NCBI GenBank assembly: GCA_036381175.1
Contig: DASVDI010000005.1
Location: 129-64,128, forward strand
Direction of reading: 5' to 3'
Source: Gammaproteobacteria bacterium
Lineage (GTDB): Bacteria > Pseudomonadota > Gammaproteobacteria > Natronospirales > JAJUFS01
Length of the DNA: 64,000 nt
The position numbers and the translations under genes were made by a program. Shown one piece after another: positions 18,874 through 29,182 of the stretch (its first letter is position 1; each line of letters opens with the position of its first letter). Below the pieces are notes generated by a model. It worked only from the letters and a program-made list of their open reading frames with translations. It was not told the DNA's origin and searched no databases.

Positions 18874-20310
18874 GTGAAACGTCCCGGCTTCAATCTTTCG
18901 CTGAAGCTCTTCCTGGTCGTGTTCCTCACCAGCCTGCTGGCCATCGTCGTCATGAGCACCGCCATGCGGCTCGGTTTCCAGCAGGGCTTCCTGAATTTTC
19001 TCAGCGAGCTTGAACTGCGCCGTCTCGGCAAGCTGGAAAGCGTCCTGGTGCAGGCCTACCAGGCCGAAGGCAGCTGGGCATTCCTGCAGCGCGATTCGCG
19101 CAACTGGCAGATTTTCCTGGCGCGCTACATGCAGGCGGAACAAATCAACGCCCGCGTGAATCCCTACAGCGAGCCGCCGCCGTCGCCGAGCCTGCTCGCA
19201 CGCCTTGCGGTGCTCGATGCCGAACGCCGGATCGTTGCAGGTGAAGCGGCCGCGCAACCGGAAGCCGTGCTGCGTCCGCTGCGCGTTGGTGGCAGCGTTG
19301 TCGGCTATCTCGCGGTCGCGCCCGTGCAAAGCGTGACTGAAGCCGCGGAAGTCACCTTCCTGCAACAGCAGTTGCGCGTGATTCTCATCAGCGCGGGCGT
19401 GACCGCGGCACTCGCCGCACTCGCGGCGATCTGGCTGACGCGATTGTTCGTGCGGCCCATCCGGATCGCAACGCGTTCCGTGCAGCAACTTGCCGGCGGC
19501 CGCTACGATTTGCTGCTGCCGGAAAACCCGCGCGACGATATCGGCCGCCTTTACGGCGACATCAATCACCTCGCGACCACGCTTGCCAACAACGAACGCC
19601 TGCGCCGCGAGTACGCCTCCGACATCGCGCACGAACTGCGCACGCCGCTGGCAATTCTCCGCGGCGAACTGGAGGCTATCGAAGACGGCGTGCGCCCGAT
19701 GAACGCCGCCACCATGGAATCGTTGCGCGGCGAACTCGCGCAACTCAGCACGCTGGTCGATGACCTGCACCAGCTGCAGCTTGCCGACACCGGCGCGCTC
19801 AACTACCGCAAGGAACCGGTCGATATCGGCGAGCTTCTCGAAGAGGAACAGGCGCGCTTTTCCGAACGCTATGCTGCGGCCAACATCGGGGTGCAGATAT
19901 TCTCGAACGCATCGCGCGTGGTGCTGGATGCGGACGCCAGCCAGCTCGGCCGTCTGTTCAGCAACCTGTTCCAGAACACCTTGCGCTACACCGATCCCGG
20001 CGGGCGGCTGGAAATTTCACTGCATACCAACGATGTCATTGAAATCGATTTCATCGACACAGCCCCTGGTGTCGCCGAAGCCGATCTGCCGCGATTGCTG
20101 GAACGCATGTTCCGTGCGGAAGGATCGCGCAACCGCGTCAGTGGCGGTCATGGCCTCGGGCTCGCCATCTGCCAGAAGATCGTCGCCGCGCACCGTGGCA
20201 GCATCGAGGCGCGGCATTCGCCGCTGGGCGGCGTGTGGATTCACATGCGATTCCCCAGGGACGAAACCGTTGAAGGGGCGATCGACACGAACAGCGAGGA
20301 AGCTTCATGA
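18874..20310 (+). CDS. Two-component sensor histidine kinase (BaeS/CpxA-like architecture)
   Basis: Two TM segments, a HAMP region, the H-box [22 protein letters not shown], and ATPase N/G boxes ([23 protein letters not shown]). Confidence 0.88.
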   Translation: MKRPGFNLSLKLFLVVFLTSLLAIVVMSTAMRLGFQQGFLNFLSELELRRLGKLESVLVQAYQAEGSWAFLQRDSRNWQIFLARYMQAEQINARVNPYSEPPPSPSLLARLAVLDAERRIVAGEAAAQPEAVLRPLRVGGSVVGYLAVAPVQSVTEAAEVTFLQQQLRVILISAGVTAALAALAAIWLTRLFVRPIRIATRSVQQLAGGRYDLLLPENPRDDIGRLYGDINHLATTLANNERLRREYASDIAHELRTPLAILRGELEAIEDGVRPMNAATMESLRGELAQLSTLVDDLHQLQLADTGALNYRKEPVDIGELLEEEQARFSERYAAANIGVQIFSNASRVVLDADASQLGRLFSNLFQNTLRYTDPGGRLEISLHTNDVIEIDFIDTAPGVAEADLPRLLERMFRAEGSRNRVSGGHGLGLAICQKIVAAHRGSIEARHSPLGGVWIHMRFPRDETVEGAIDTNSEEAS

Positions 20311-20987
20311 ACGCACCAGCCGACATCCTCATCGTCGAAGACGAACCGAAAATCGCGGAACTGCTCGCCGATTATTTGCGCGCCGCAGGACACGCCCCGC
20401 GCATCATTGCCGACGGCAACGAGGTCGTTCCCGCCGTGCGTGAAAAAATGCCGGACATCATCCTTCTCGATCTGATGCTCCCCGGCCGCGACGGCATCGA
20501 TCTCTGCCGTGAACTGCGCAGCTTCACGCAAGTGCCGATCATCATGGTCACGGCGCGCGTGGAAGAAGTGGATCGCCTGCTCGGCCTCGAACTCGGCGCC
20601 GACGATTACATCTGCAAGCCATTCAGTCCGCGCGAAGTCGTTGCGCGTGTGAAAGCGTTGCTGCGCCGCTTGCAGGCCGGCAGCGAACCCGAAACCGGCG
20701 GGCTTGTCATCGACAGCGATCGATACGAAGCGAGCCTGAACGGTGAGCGGCTGGATCTGACGGCCGTGGAATTCCGCCTGCTGCAGACGCTCGCTGCCAC
20801 GCCAGGGCGCGTGTATTCACGCGACCAGCTCATGGAAAACATTTATTCGGATCACCGCATCGTCGGCGATCGCACCGTCGACAGCCACGTGAAAAACCTG
20901 CGCCGCAAGCTCGCCGCGATCCGTCCAGGGATCGACATGGTGCAATCCGTCTACGGCGTCGGTTATCGCTTCGATCCGGGTAATTGA
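20307..20987 (+). CDS. OmpR/PhoB-type response regulator
   Basis: Receiver domain ([25 protein letters not shown]) plus a winged-helix output ([31 protein letters not shown]). Its start overlaps the kinase stop. Confidence 0.9.
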   Translation: MNAPADILIVEDEPKIAELLADYLRAAGHAPRIIADGNEVVPAVREKMPDIILLDLMLPGRDGIDLCRELRSFTQVPIIMVTARVEEVDRLLGLELGADDYICKPFSPREVVARVKALLRRLQAGSEPETGGLVIDSDRYEASLNGERLDLTAVEFRLLQTLAATPGRVYSRDQLMENIYSDHRIVGDRTVDSHVKNLRRKLAAIRPGIDMVQSVYGVGYRFDPGN

Positions 20988-21171
20988 TCGCCTGCGACAA
21001 CCGAAACAAGAACTCTCGCGACTCCACCGCTTCTGCACAATTTCGCCGCGCTTTCTGCACTGCGGCGGTCTATGCTTTTGATTGTGGATCCGGTTCTGAT
21101 CCACAAGGCGACACCGGCGCCGGCGCAAGCACCCCCTCTCCTTGCGCGCGGCGCCGGGGGCAAGAAAGAAG

Positions 21172-21194
21172 AAAGCGGCCGCGGCCGCTTTTTT
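21172..21194. terminator. GC-rich hairpin with flanking T/A runs (possible bidirectional terminator)
   Basis: AAAGCGGCCGCGGCCGCTTTTTT, read directly from the sequence. Confidence 0.5.
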
Positions 21195-21245
21195 CGTTTC
21201 CCGCGTCTGTTTCTGGCGTATGGATCCTGCCTTGACTTGATGATG

Positions 21246-21295
21246 AAAATCCCCCCGCTGTGCTGCGCACAGCGGCCCCCTTTTTCAAGGGGGGC
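21246..21295. repeat. Intergenic REP-like element, copy 1
   Basis: AAAATCCCCCCGCTGTGCTGCGCACAGCGGCCCCCTTTTTCAAGGGGGGC. It has the same architecture as the copy at 27254-27302. Confidence 0.75.
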
Positions 21296-21357
21296 TGCCT
21301 CCACAAGCGCCACCGCAAGGTCCAACGTTCGATTCTTCAACATAGCTGAACGGAGTG

Positions 21358-21397
21358 CTCCCTCCCTTTGCAAAAGGGAGGGCCGGGGAGGGATTTT
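21358..21397. repeat. Intergenic REP-like element, copy 2 (opposite orientation, lacks the central hairpin)
   Basis: CTCCCTCCCTTTGCAAAAGGGAGGGCCGGGGAGGGATTTT. Compare the reverse complement of copy 1: GCCCCCCTTGAAAAAGGGGGCCG[hairpin]GGGGGGATTTT. Confidence 0.65.
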
Positions 21398-21414
21398 CTT
21401 TCGTCTTCTTTCTT

Positions 21415-21846
21415 TTAATGCAAGGTCGGCGGCGATATCGATTCCGACGTTGTCGTTTGCATTGTTTCCGACATGTCCTTGCTCTGCTTTGCAAGGAATC
21501 CCGCCGAGGCAAGTTGCACGACGGAACCCAGTGGTTTCGCCAATATGCCGAACAGCGTCTTGCCTGCGGATTTTCCCGCCGAAGCCAGCTTGGATTTCTT
21601 GCCACCGCGTCGCCCGCTGCGCGCGCCGATGATTTCCGCCGCGATGAATCCCATGCTGCCGGCAAACACGAGGCTGGTTGGCGACGTCAATCTTCGCCGC
21701 ACGCTGCCCTGGAACTCGCGCGTGTGCGCAACCACTTGCGCGCGTTCCACCATGAGGCGGTTTTCCATGTCTTCGATGCGACGGCTCAGCGACGGTGCAT
21801 CGGTCGCATGCGAAGCGAGTCTTCGATTCTGTTTTTTCCTGTCCAT
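21415..21846 (-). CDS. YqjK-like protein (third gene of the elaB/yqjE/yqjK-type operon)
   Basis: 143 aa with one TM segment (LVFAGSMGFIAAEII). Its start abuts the yqjE-like stop. The assignment is by operon position, and similarity is only weakly recognisable. Confidence 0.5.
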   Translation of the reverse strand: MDRKKQNRRLASHATDAPSLSRRIEDMENRLMVERAQVVAHTREFQGSVRRRLTSPTSLVFAGSMGFIAAEIIGARSGRRGGKKSKLASAGKSAGKTLFGILAKPLGSVVQLASAGFLAKQSKDMSETMQTTTSESISPPTLH

Positions 21847-22295
21847 CAGTGCAGGCTTTCCGGTTGTTCGTCGGCACGCGACGGCCGCAGGTTTCGCACG
21901 GTGGCGGGAAACGCAAGATCATGGCGCTTGTAACGAATCACGAGATACAGCGCGGCTGCGAGCAGAAGATTGGCCAGCACGGCAATGAGAATCGCGAATC
22001 CCGCGGCGAGCCCGGCGGCCATCAGACCGAACACACCGGCGGTGACAAGACCGAGCCACGCGCTGACAAGCAGTATCGCCATCATCACGCCGGCGGCGAG
22101 CATGATGACGAGGCTCAATCCCGCGCGCTTCGTTTCGAGCGCCGCGAGCACGATGTAATCGTGCGCCACGCCCTGCAACTCGCGCAGCAACGAACCGGCA
22201 CCTTCCATCAAGCCTGGACCGGTCGCTGCGTTTTGCGCGGATGGATCGCGCCGATTCATATCGGCACGTTCATTTCCCGCCGACGGATGCATCAA
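21846..22295 (-). CDS. Phage-holin-family / DUF1469 (YqjE-like) membrane protein
   Basis: Two long TM helices after an amphipathic N-terminus (LRELQGVAHDYIVLAALETKRAG..). ATGA overlap with the upstream DUF883 gene. Confidence 0.6.
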   Translation of the reverse strand: MMHPSAGNERADMNRRDPSAQNAATGPGLMEGAGSLLRELQGVAHDYIVLAALETKRAGLSLVIMLAAGVMMAILLVSAWLGLVTAGVFGLMAAGLAAGFAILIAVLANLLLAAALYLVIRYKRHDLAFPATVRNLRPSRADEQPESLH

Positions 22296-22612
22296 TGCGA
22301 ATCGCTGTGCAGCAGGCGGCTGAGCAGGAATCCCGCCGCGACGGCGATGCCGATGGAAGCGACCGGATGCGTCTGCACGTAAGTGCGGGTCTGCGCCATC
22401 CAGCGTTCCTTCGTCTCGGCGAACTGCTCGCCCTTCTCGCCGAACGATGACGTTGCGCGGGTGGCGGCATCGGCGAGCCGGTCAACGGTGTCGTGTACAC
22501 CGCGCGCCGCGCGATCGACCGTGTCATGCGCTGTTGTCTGCGCGCGTTGTTTTGTCCGCTCGGCATGGCCATTGCCGGAAACAGTGTTTGTAGCCTTGTC
22601 TGTCGGTTCCAT
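22292..22612 (-). CDS. DUF883 (ElaB/YqjD/YgaM family) membrane-anchored ribosome-binding protein
   Basis: 106 aa. Helical repeats (HDTVDRAARGVHDTVDRLADAA) and the C-terminal anchor HPVASIGIAVAAGFLLSRLL. Confidence 0.8.
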   Translation of the reverse strand: MEPTDKATNTVSGNGHAERTKQRAQTTAHDTVDRAARGVHDTVDRLADAATRATSSFGEKGEQFAETKERWMAQTRTYVQTHPVASIGIAVAAGFLLSRLLHSDSH

Positions 22613-22953
22613 AGCGATCTCCTGGTTGAAAGTGAATTCGTGGTGCCGGTCCGTGTCGCTGCAAAATGCATCGAAAGCTGCTCCGGTTTGCGATAAGTGC
22701 TGGCGAACCTCTTTTCAAGGAGCCGCTTTCGGCATCGCATTTCAACTTTTCGGCAATGACCGTAGCACGCGCTCGAACGTTCTTTGCACAAGGGGAAACG
22801 CTTACGGGTTTTGTGATTTTTCCAATGTTCCTTTCAGCGGGCGTCGCGTTTCTTGAGGGGACAAAACGGAAAACTGCGGTATTTACCCGAGTTTCCGCAT
22901 GCGGCGAGTTGCTGCAAAGTCATCGGACATATCCTGTTGCGGTGGAGAGTGGC

Positions 22954-23520
22954 ATGTCGCGTTTTTCCTGGAAATTCCTGTGTGCGTTGACAATCAGCAC
23001 GGTGTTTGCCGCGCCGGTTTCCGCCGCGGCCTGCAGCAATCCGATGTTTGAAGCTTTCCGGCAGCTCGCCGGAAACTGGCAGGTTTTCCGCGACGGTGAA
23101 CTCGCCGGAAAGCTGGCGATGCGATCCGTTGCCGGCGGTTGCGCGATGCTGGAGGAGTGGCAGACCATAGAGGGCGTCAAAGCGGTTGCATTGCATTGGC
23201 CGGAGACGGTCACCGAAGGCAGCATGACCGTGGATGGTGAAACCCTGGAGATGCCCGCCAGTGATGTAACGCCGGAAACGGTATTGCAGCAGGTTTATGT
23301 CGACAGCAACGGCTGGTCCATCCGCGCCGACGGAAGCATCAGCGAAGGCGTGCTGGTTTATGAAGGCAATATCATGGAAGACGGACAGGAACTGGTATTG
23401 CGCGCCACGTTGCGCGGACTCGGCAGCGACGAGATCGTGCATGTCGGTGAAGTGTCCACGGATGCCGGCGAAACGTGGCAGGACAGTTTCACCTTGATTT
23501 ACAAGCGCGCCGCCGACTGA
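22954..23520 (+). CDS. Exported hypothetical protein
   Basis: ATG 22954 gives MSRFSWKFLCALTISTVFAAPVSAAA, a signal peptide. I recognise no family with confidence. The track start at 22666 adds a non-coding-looking extension. Confidence 0.55.
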   Translation: MSRFSWKFLCALTISTVFAAPVSAAACSNPMFEAFRQLAGNWQVFRDGELAGKLAMRSVAGGCAMLEEWQTIEGVKAVALHWPETVTEGSMTVDGETLEMPASDVTPETVLQQVYVDSNGWSIRADGSISEGVLVYEGNIMEDGQELVLRATLRGLGSDEIVHVGEVSTDAGETWQDSFTLIYKRAAD

Positions 23521-23593
23521 CGCTCGCAATATGCGAAACAGCAATGCCTGCAATCGAAACCGCGGGCGTTGATGCCAACGTCATTTTCGGCCT

Positions 23594-24760
23594 TCACACA
23601 TAACTCAGCCACCGCAGATTCCGGTGGCGGCGCTTGAAGTCCGCGTACCAGCGACACGCGGGGTACAGCGCGACGACCAGCAGAGCCCACACCACGTAGA
23701 TCGTCAGCAGTGAGAATTCGTAATCGGGCGGAAACGCCGCAGGCCCCTTGAACCACCAGAAGGATTCGCCATGGCGCGCGAAACTCCACGCGCTTGCGCT
23801 CGCGAAGATCAGGATGAAATGCAGCAGGTAGTAGAAGAACGGCACGCGCCCGAACACACCGAGCCACTGCGCGAGCCTGCCGTTCAATGATTCGAGCGCC
23901 GGCAACAACAGCAAGGCGGGACCAAGCGTCATCAACACGAACAACAACGACGGCGGGTATTTTTCAACGTTGATGAAGTTCATCAACGTGTTGGCGAACG
24001 TCGCGCCCGCTGTGAATTCGACAGGATTGCCGTGCAGGTTTGTCAGTCTGAGCACGACAAACAACGCGATAGCGGTTCCGCCGCAGACTCGCGCGACTTT
24101 CCTCCAGTCGCTGCCATCCGTCAGGAATTTTCCACCGGCGTAACCCAGCAGCATCACGCCGATCCACGGCAACACGGGATAGGCCATGTAGAACTTCCAG
24201 CCTCCCGCGAGCGGCGCAGCACCACCCTCGTGCAGGAATTGCCACAACGGCGCGGCTACACCGAGACGCGTGGCGTCGATACCGTCAAGAAGGTTGTGAC
24301 CGAAGACAATAAGCAATCCGAGGGAAAGAATGACGCGGTAACCGAGCGGCAGCAGGATGCCGAGCGCAACCATGCTCCAGCCAATTGCCCAGATGACTTG
24401 CGCGAACAGCATGTCATCCAGCCAGAAGGGAATCAGCGGGTTGAACAGCAGGAATTCCGCGACAACGAGCCATGTGCCGCGGCTCAACAGGAAACGCCGT
24501 AGTTCCGCATCGCCCGCGCCATTGCCAGCACCGTTGCAATCGCGATAAAGCCACGCGCTGGTGCCGGCAAGAAACACGAACACCGGCGCGCAGAAATGCG
24601 TAATCCAGCGGGTGAAAAACAGCCCAAGCCCCGGATCGGCCAGGTCTTCCGGCTCCAGCGGCGTGGGCGCGAAATAATGCCGTACGTGGTCCAGCGCCAT
24701 CAGGACCATTGCCAGGCCGCGCAGAATGTCCACCGCGGCGATACGTTGTCTTGCTGGCAT
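23594..24760 (-). CDS. DUF1624 (heparan-alpha-glucosaminide N-acetyltransferase-like) membrane protein
   Basis: RIAAVDILRGLAMVLMALDHVRHYF at the N-terminus, followed by about 10 TM helices. Confidence 0.75.
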   Translation of the reverse strand: MPARQRIAAVDILRGLAMVLMALDHVRHYFAPTPLEPEDLADPGLGLFFTRWITHFCAPVFVFLAGTSAWLYRDCNGAGNGAGDAELRRFLLSRGTWLVVAEFLLFNPLIPFWLDDMLFAQVIWAIGWSMVALGILLPLGYRVILSLGLLIVFGHNLLDGIDATRLGVAAPLWQFLHEGGAAPLAGGWKFYMAYPVLPWIGVMLLGYAGGKFLTDGSDWRKVARVCGGTAIALFVVLRLTNLHGNPVEFTAGATFANTLMNFINVEKYPPSLLFVLMTLGPALLLLPALESLNGRLAQWLGVFGRVPFFYYLLHFILIFASASAWSFARHGESFWWFKGPAAFPPDYEFSLLTIYVVWALLVVALYPACRWYADFKRRHRNLRWLSYV

Positions 24761-25010
24761 GTGAAATCCTTGTCTGCTTGATGTCCGGGAACGCGATCAA
24801 TGTGCGCATGGCGTCGCGAAACCGGCTCAGCCGGGTGGCGCGCCGCGGCCGCCTGCCCTGGCGCGGCCCGCCGCTTTCGAAATTGAACGTGAAATTGCGC
24901 GAACTTTCGCGAGGTCGCCCGGTCCGATGCAATGCGTTAGGCTCGAGGCGCATTCCCAAATCTTTCATGCGCTCACAGCACTCAGGTTTCTCATCCAGCA
25001 GGACATCGAC

Positions 25011-27209
25011 ATGAACACATTTTCCCGACGGACAGTCATCGCCGTTCTCGCCGCCATTGGGTCCGCTACGTTTTTCGCGACCGCGCTCGCCGATGAAGGC
25101 ATGTGGATGCCGCAGCAGCTTCCGGCCCTTGAAGACCGGCTCGAAGATCTCGGCCTTGAACTCGATCCGGAAACGCTCACGGATCTCACCGCGCATCCCA
25201 TGGGTGCGGTCATCAGCCTCGGCGGTTGCACAGCGTCTTTCGTTTCACCGAAGGGTCTTGTCGTGACCAATCACCATTGCGCCTACGGCTCGATCCAGTA
25301 CAACTCCACCGAAGAAAACAACCTGCTCGAGAACGGTTTTCTCGCGGAAGATTTCAGCGCGGAATTGCCGGCAGCGCCTGGCAGCCGCATTTATGTGACG
25401 GAATCGCTCGAGGACGTGACGGCAAGCATCAACGCCGCGATTCCGGAAAATGCGACTGGCGCCGAACGCTATGACGCCATCGAGGCGGCGGAGAAAGCGC
25501 TGATCGCGGAATGCGAAAGCACGCCCGGCTATCACTGCAATGTCTACGCCTACCACGGCGGTCTTTATTACTACCTCATCAAGCAGCTCGAAATTCGCGA
25601 CGTACGCCTGGTGTACGCACCGTCACATCACATCGGAAAATTCGGCGGTGACATCGACAACTGGATGTGGCCGCGGCACACCGGCGATTTCAGTTTCTAT
25701 CGCGCGTATGTCGGCCCGGATGGAAAACCTGCCGCTTACAGCGAAGACAACGTTCCCTTTGAACCAAAGCACTGGCTCACCGTTTCAACGCAAGGACTTG
25801 ATCGCGGCGATTACGTGATGGTCGTCGGTTATCCCGGCAACACCGATCGCTACCGGCTGGCGGCGGAAGTGAAGAATGCATTCGAATGGGTGTATCCCAC
25901 GCGCAGGAAAACCTACCTGGAATGGCTCGGCGTGATCGAGAAAGCGACGGCGGACAACGAAGCCGCCGCGATCAAGTACGCAAGTCTCGTCGCGGGCCTG
26001 AACAACGTCATCAAGAATTACCAGGGCAAGATGGAAGGTTACGCGGAAGTCGGCACGCTCGCGCGCAAGCAGGCACGCGATGTCGCGCTCGCCGAATGGA
26101 TCCACGCCGACGCCGAACGCGAACAACAATACGGCGATGCCCTGCAGGAACTTGAAGCGCTGGTGGCGCGCGATATTGCGAACCAGGAACGCGATCTGCG
26201 TTACGGCCTCGCAACAAATTCATCGCTGCTGGAAGCGGCGGGAACCCTGTATCGCCTGAGCATCGAAAAACAGAAACCGGATGCCGAACGCGAGCCCGGT
26301 TACCAGCAACGTGACTTGCCGCAGCTTCGCGCGGATCTCGAACAGATCGAGCGCCGCTTTGCGCCGGCCGTCGATAAAGCCGTGTGGAAGAATTTCATCC
26401 TCGACTACGCGAAGCTGCCGGCTGCGCAGCGCGTCGAAAGTTTCGACAAGTACTTCGGTATCGGTACACCCGAATTCGATGAAGCCGCGCTCACCGAACA
26501 GCTTGATCGCATGTAAGCCGAGACCGGTCTTGATGAATCCGACGCGCGGCTTGCGTGGCTTGAAAAAGGACCAGAGGCGTTCCGCCAAAGCGATGATCCG
26601 TTCATCGAACTCGCCGTCGCCATTTTTGATGCGAACCGCGACCTCGAAGATGCGCGCGAGGCATTGGCGGGCGAGTTCGCCGCGGCGCGCCCGCGTTACA
26701 TGGATGCCTTGATCGCGTGGAAGGACAGCCAGGGCGAGCCCGTCTATCCGGACGCGAACAGCACGCTGCGCGTGACGTTCGGCACCGTGCAAGGTTACGA
26801 GCCGCGCGACGCCGTACGCTACCTGCCGTTCACGACGCTTGCGGGAATCGTCGAGAAACATCGCGGCGAATGGCCTTTCGATGTGCCGTTGAAATTGCTC
26901 GACGCCATCGGCGACGGCAACTACGGACCGTATTTTGACAGCGACGTGAACAGCGTACCGGTGAACTTCCTCGCGAACCTCGACATCACCGGCGGCAATT
27001 CCGGATCGCCGACGTTGAACGAGGACGGTGAACTGGTCGGACTGATCTTCGACATGACCTACGAAGGCATCATTTCCGATTGGGATTACGCACCGGAACA
27101 GGTGCGGTCGATCCACGTCAGCGCGTTGTACATGCTGTGGATCATGGATGCGGTGGATGATGCGGACCGCTTGCTGATCGAGATGGGAATCGAGCCGGAA
27201 CTGGAGTGA
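25011..27209 (+). pseudogene. S46 family dipeptidyl-peptidase (DPP7/DPP11-like) interrupted by one in-frame TAA at 26514-26516
   Basis: Signal peptide then ADEGMWMPQQLP, the catalytic His region VVTNHHCAYGSIQ, and the catalytic Ser GGNSGSPTLNEDGELVGLIFD. Track ORFs 24927..26516 and 26664..27209 are in the same frame. Translation across the gap is homologous-looking: LDRM*AETGLDESDARLAWLEKGPEAFRQSDDPFIELAVAIF. Confidence 0.85.
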
Positions 27210-27253
27210 GCGCGTAGGCCGAACGAAGCCATGCAGGAGCGGTCTCCGACCGC

Positions 27254-27302
27254 GAAATCCCCCCGGCTCGCTGAGCGAGCCGGCCCCCTTTTTCAAAGGG
27301 GC
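27254..27302. repeat. Intergenic REP-like element, copy 3
   Basis: GAAATCCCCCCGGCTCGCTGAGCGAGCCGGCCCCCTTTTTCAAAGGGGC. Same flanks as copy 1, with a different central hairpin. Confidence 0.75.
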
Positions 27303-27342
27303 TAACATCCTTCGCGCATTCAATGCGCTCCTGCGTCACGTT

Positions 27343-27852
27343 TTATTCCGTGAAGGAAAGTTTCCATGTCTGTCCGACCAAGGTCGGCCCGAACGTGTCG
27401 AAACTTTCCTCTGACTCCAACCGGAAACCCGCTGCCTCATAAAGCCGTCGTGCGGCATCGAGGTTGCTCGTCGTCCACAACGTCAACCCCGAATAGCCAA
27501 CGGCGCGCGCAGCGTCAACGCAGGTGCGCACGAGCAATTCTCCGATGCCGAGACCGCGCGCGGACGGTTCAACATACAGCAGCCGCAATTTCGCGAAGCC
27601 CCCCTCGCCGCGCGCAAGGAAAACGGAACCCGCAATCGCGCCATCGCGTTCCGCGACCCAGCAACGCTCGCGCACCGGATCACTCTCGCGCAGAAACTTC
27701 CCGGCAACCTCGGCAACCAGCCCCTCGAAACATTCATTCCAGCCGTACTCTTTCGCATACAGCACGCCATGCCGATGAACGATCCAGCCGATGTCGCCGG
27801 CGCGAGGCGCGCGCAGCGTGCAGGGACCGGTTTCCACGGGAATGTTCGTCAT
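27343..27852 (-). CDS. GNAT family N-acetyltransferase
   Basis: LYVEPSARGLGIGELLVRTCVDAA (R/QxxGxG/A motif) and YEAAGF. Confidence 0.8.
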   Translation of the reverse strand: MTNIPVETGPCTLRAPRAGDIGWIVHRHGVLYAKEYGWNECFEGLVAEVAGKFLRESDPVRERCWVAERDGAIAGSVFLARGEGGFAKLRLLYVEPSARGLGIGELLVRTCVDAARAVGYSGLTLWTTSNLDAARRLYEAAGFRLESEESFDTFGPTLVGQTWKLSFTE

Positions 27853-27918
27853 TGCGCTTCCTTTTCTTGCATCCGTCAGCGCAATGTTAACGCGACGTGC
27901 TCGCGAGACGGCAAGAAG

Positions 27919-29034
27919 TCAGAACCGGTTCACCTTCGCGGCGAGTTCGATCTGCCGGCTGACGCCAAGCTTTGCCATGATCGCCTTGATCTGGCTGCGC
28001 ACGGTGCCGATGGAGACATTCCGCCGCGCGGCGATGAGCTCCGGCGAATGGCCGCGCGAAACCTGGATCGCGATGTCGGCTTCCGCTGCCGTCAGCGCGA
28101 AGATGGTCTGCAGGAGCACGGCACGCTGCGCGTCGGGACCGCGTTCACCGCGCGCGACGACGAGCACACGCGGGGCGAAGCAGAACTGGAATGACTGCAC
28201 GGGCAGCGCAACGACATCAAGCACCAGCGAGATCGCGCCCGTCGTGTCATGCATCACGACTGCTTGGGGCGGTCGGCCACCGGCAACGCGCGGCGCATGC
28301 AGCGCAATGCTGATCGCATCTTTCAATGCCTTCGCGTCAGCCGGATGCACGCCTTGCAGCTGCCCCTGGCGAAGCGCCAGGCCGCGGTCGGCGCCAAGAA
28401 GTTGTTCGGCGGCCGGCGTCAGGCCTTGCACGCGCCCGTCACCATCGCAGACGAAAGCCGGAATCGACAGGGCATCCAGCGCGCCGTTGAGCAGCGCCTG
28501 GCCTCGCCCTTCGAGCGCGATCTGCATGCGCACCGCCGCGCGAACATGCGGCGAAATGGCATCGAACACGCGGCGTTGTGTGTCCGTGATGTGTCCCTGC
28601 CGGTGCGTGCGCGCGACGGCAAGCCCCACCAGCAGCCCGCCGGTTTTCTCCAGTGTGGTTACGCAGACGAAGGGAATGTCCCAGGGAATCGCGAATTCCT
28701 GGTAGTGCGGATCGCGCCGGATTTCATCGGGCGTGATGAAATCCGCCTCCGCGCGGGATTGCAGCGGCCTTGCTGCGGTGCCCGCGCGAACGCGGGGATT
28801 GAAAGCAGGATCGCCCCCGCCGGCTTCGACAAAGGCCTTGTTGAATGCGGGATCGATACCGGTCACGACATTGATGGGAACGCTGGCGTTCGGCCCGAAA
28901 CAGACCAGTTCGCCGACCGCCGAACCGGTCGCGGCCGCGAAGCCTTCCAGTGCCGCCTGCCAGTCCCCGCCTTCGACGGCCGCCGCGTAAAAAGCGTCGG
29001 TCAGCGTAAGCCAGTGCGCATCGTTGAGCTTCAT
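27919..29034 (-). CDS. LuxR-family transcriptional regulator (C-terminal HTH, N-terminal sensory region of unknown type)
   Basis: The C-terminus reads LTAAEADIAIQVSRGHSPELIAARRNVSIGTVRSQIKAIMAKLGVSRQIELA. Confidence 0.8.
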   Translation of the reverse strand: MKLNDAHWLTLTDAFYAAAVEGGDWQAALEGFAAATGSAVGELVCFGPNASVPINVVTGIDPAFNKAFVEAGGGDPAFNPRVRAGTAARPLQSRAEADFITPDEIRRDPHYQEFAIPWDIPFVCVTTLEKTGGLLVGLAVARTHRQGHITDTQRRVFDAISPHVRAAVRMQIALEGRGQALLNGALDALSIPAFVCDGDGRVQGLTPAAEQLLGADRGLALRQGQLQGVHPADAKALKDAISIALHAPRVAGGRPPQAVVMHDTTGAISLVLDVVALPVQSFQFCFAPRVLVVARGERGPDAQRAVLLQTIFALTAAEADIAIQVSRGHSPELIAARRNVSIGTVRSQIKAIMAKLGVSRQIELAAKVNRF

Positions 29035-29182
29035 TCACCACCCCCACATGGATGGCGCAAAGCATGCTACAGGCCGCGAAGGCTGACAAGTTATGTGAAA
29101 TCGAAACGCGTATTCCCGAACAAAAAAAAGCGGCTCGCCGGCCGGACTCTCGCACGGCGAACCGCTTTTTTTTAAACAACAC

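Noticed and set aside
21082-21106. The hairpin TTGTGGATC-cggttct-GATCCACAA, considered as a regulatory site or terminator.
   Set aside because: It is a short isolated stem without a U-tract, about 95 bp after the response-regulator stop. There is not enough evidence to assign a function.
20963-21922. A 319-aa minus-strand ORF spanning the intergenic region after the response regulator.
   Set aside because: It runs through three REP-like elements and a terminator hairpin, overlaps the real yqjK-like gene in another frame, and has a Gly/Arg/Pro-rich low-complexity translation.
26664-27209. The second S46 ORF treated as an independent 181-aa gene starting at TTG 26664.
   Set aside because: It is in the same frame as the upstream ORF, and homologous-looking peptide continues across 26517-26663. 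It is the C-terminal part of one gene broken by TAA 26514-26516.
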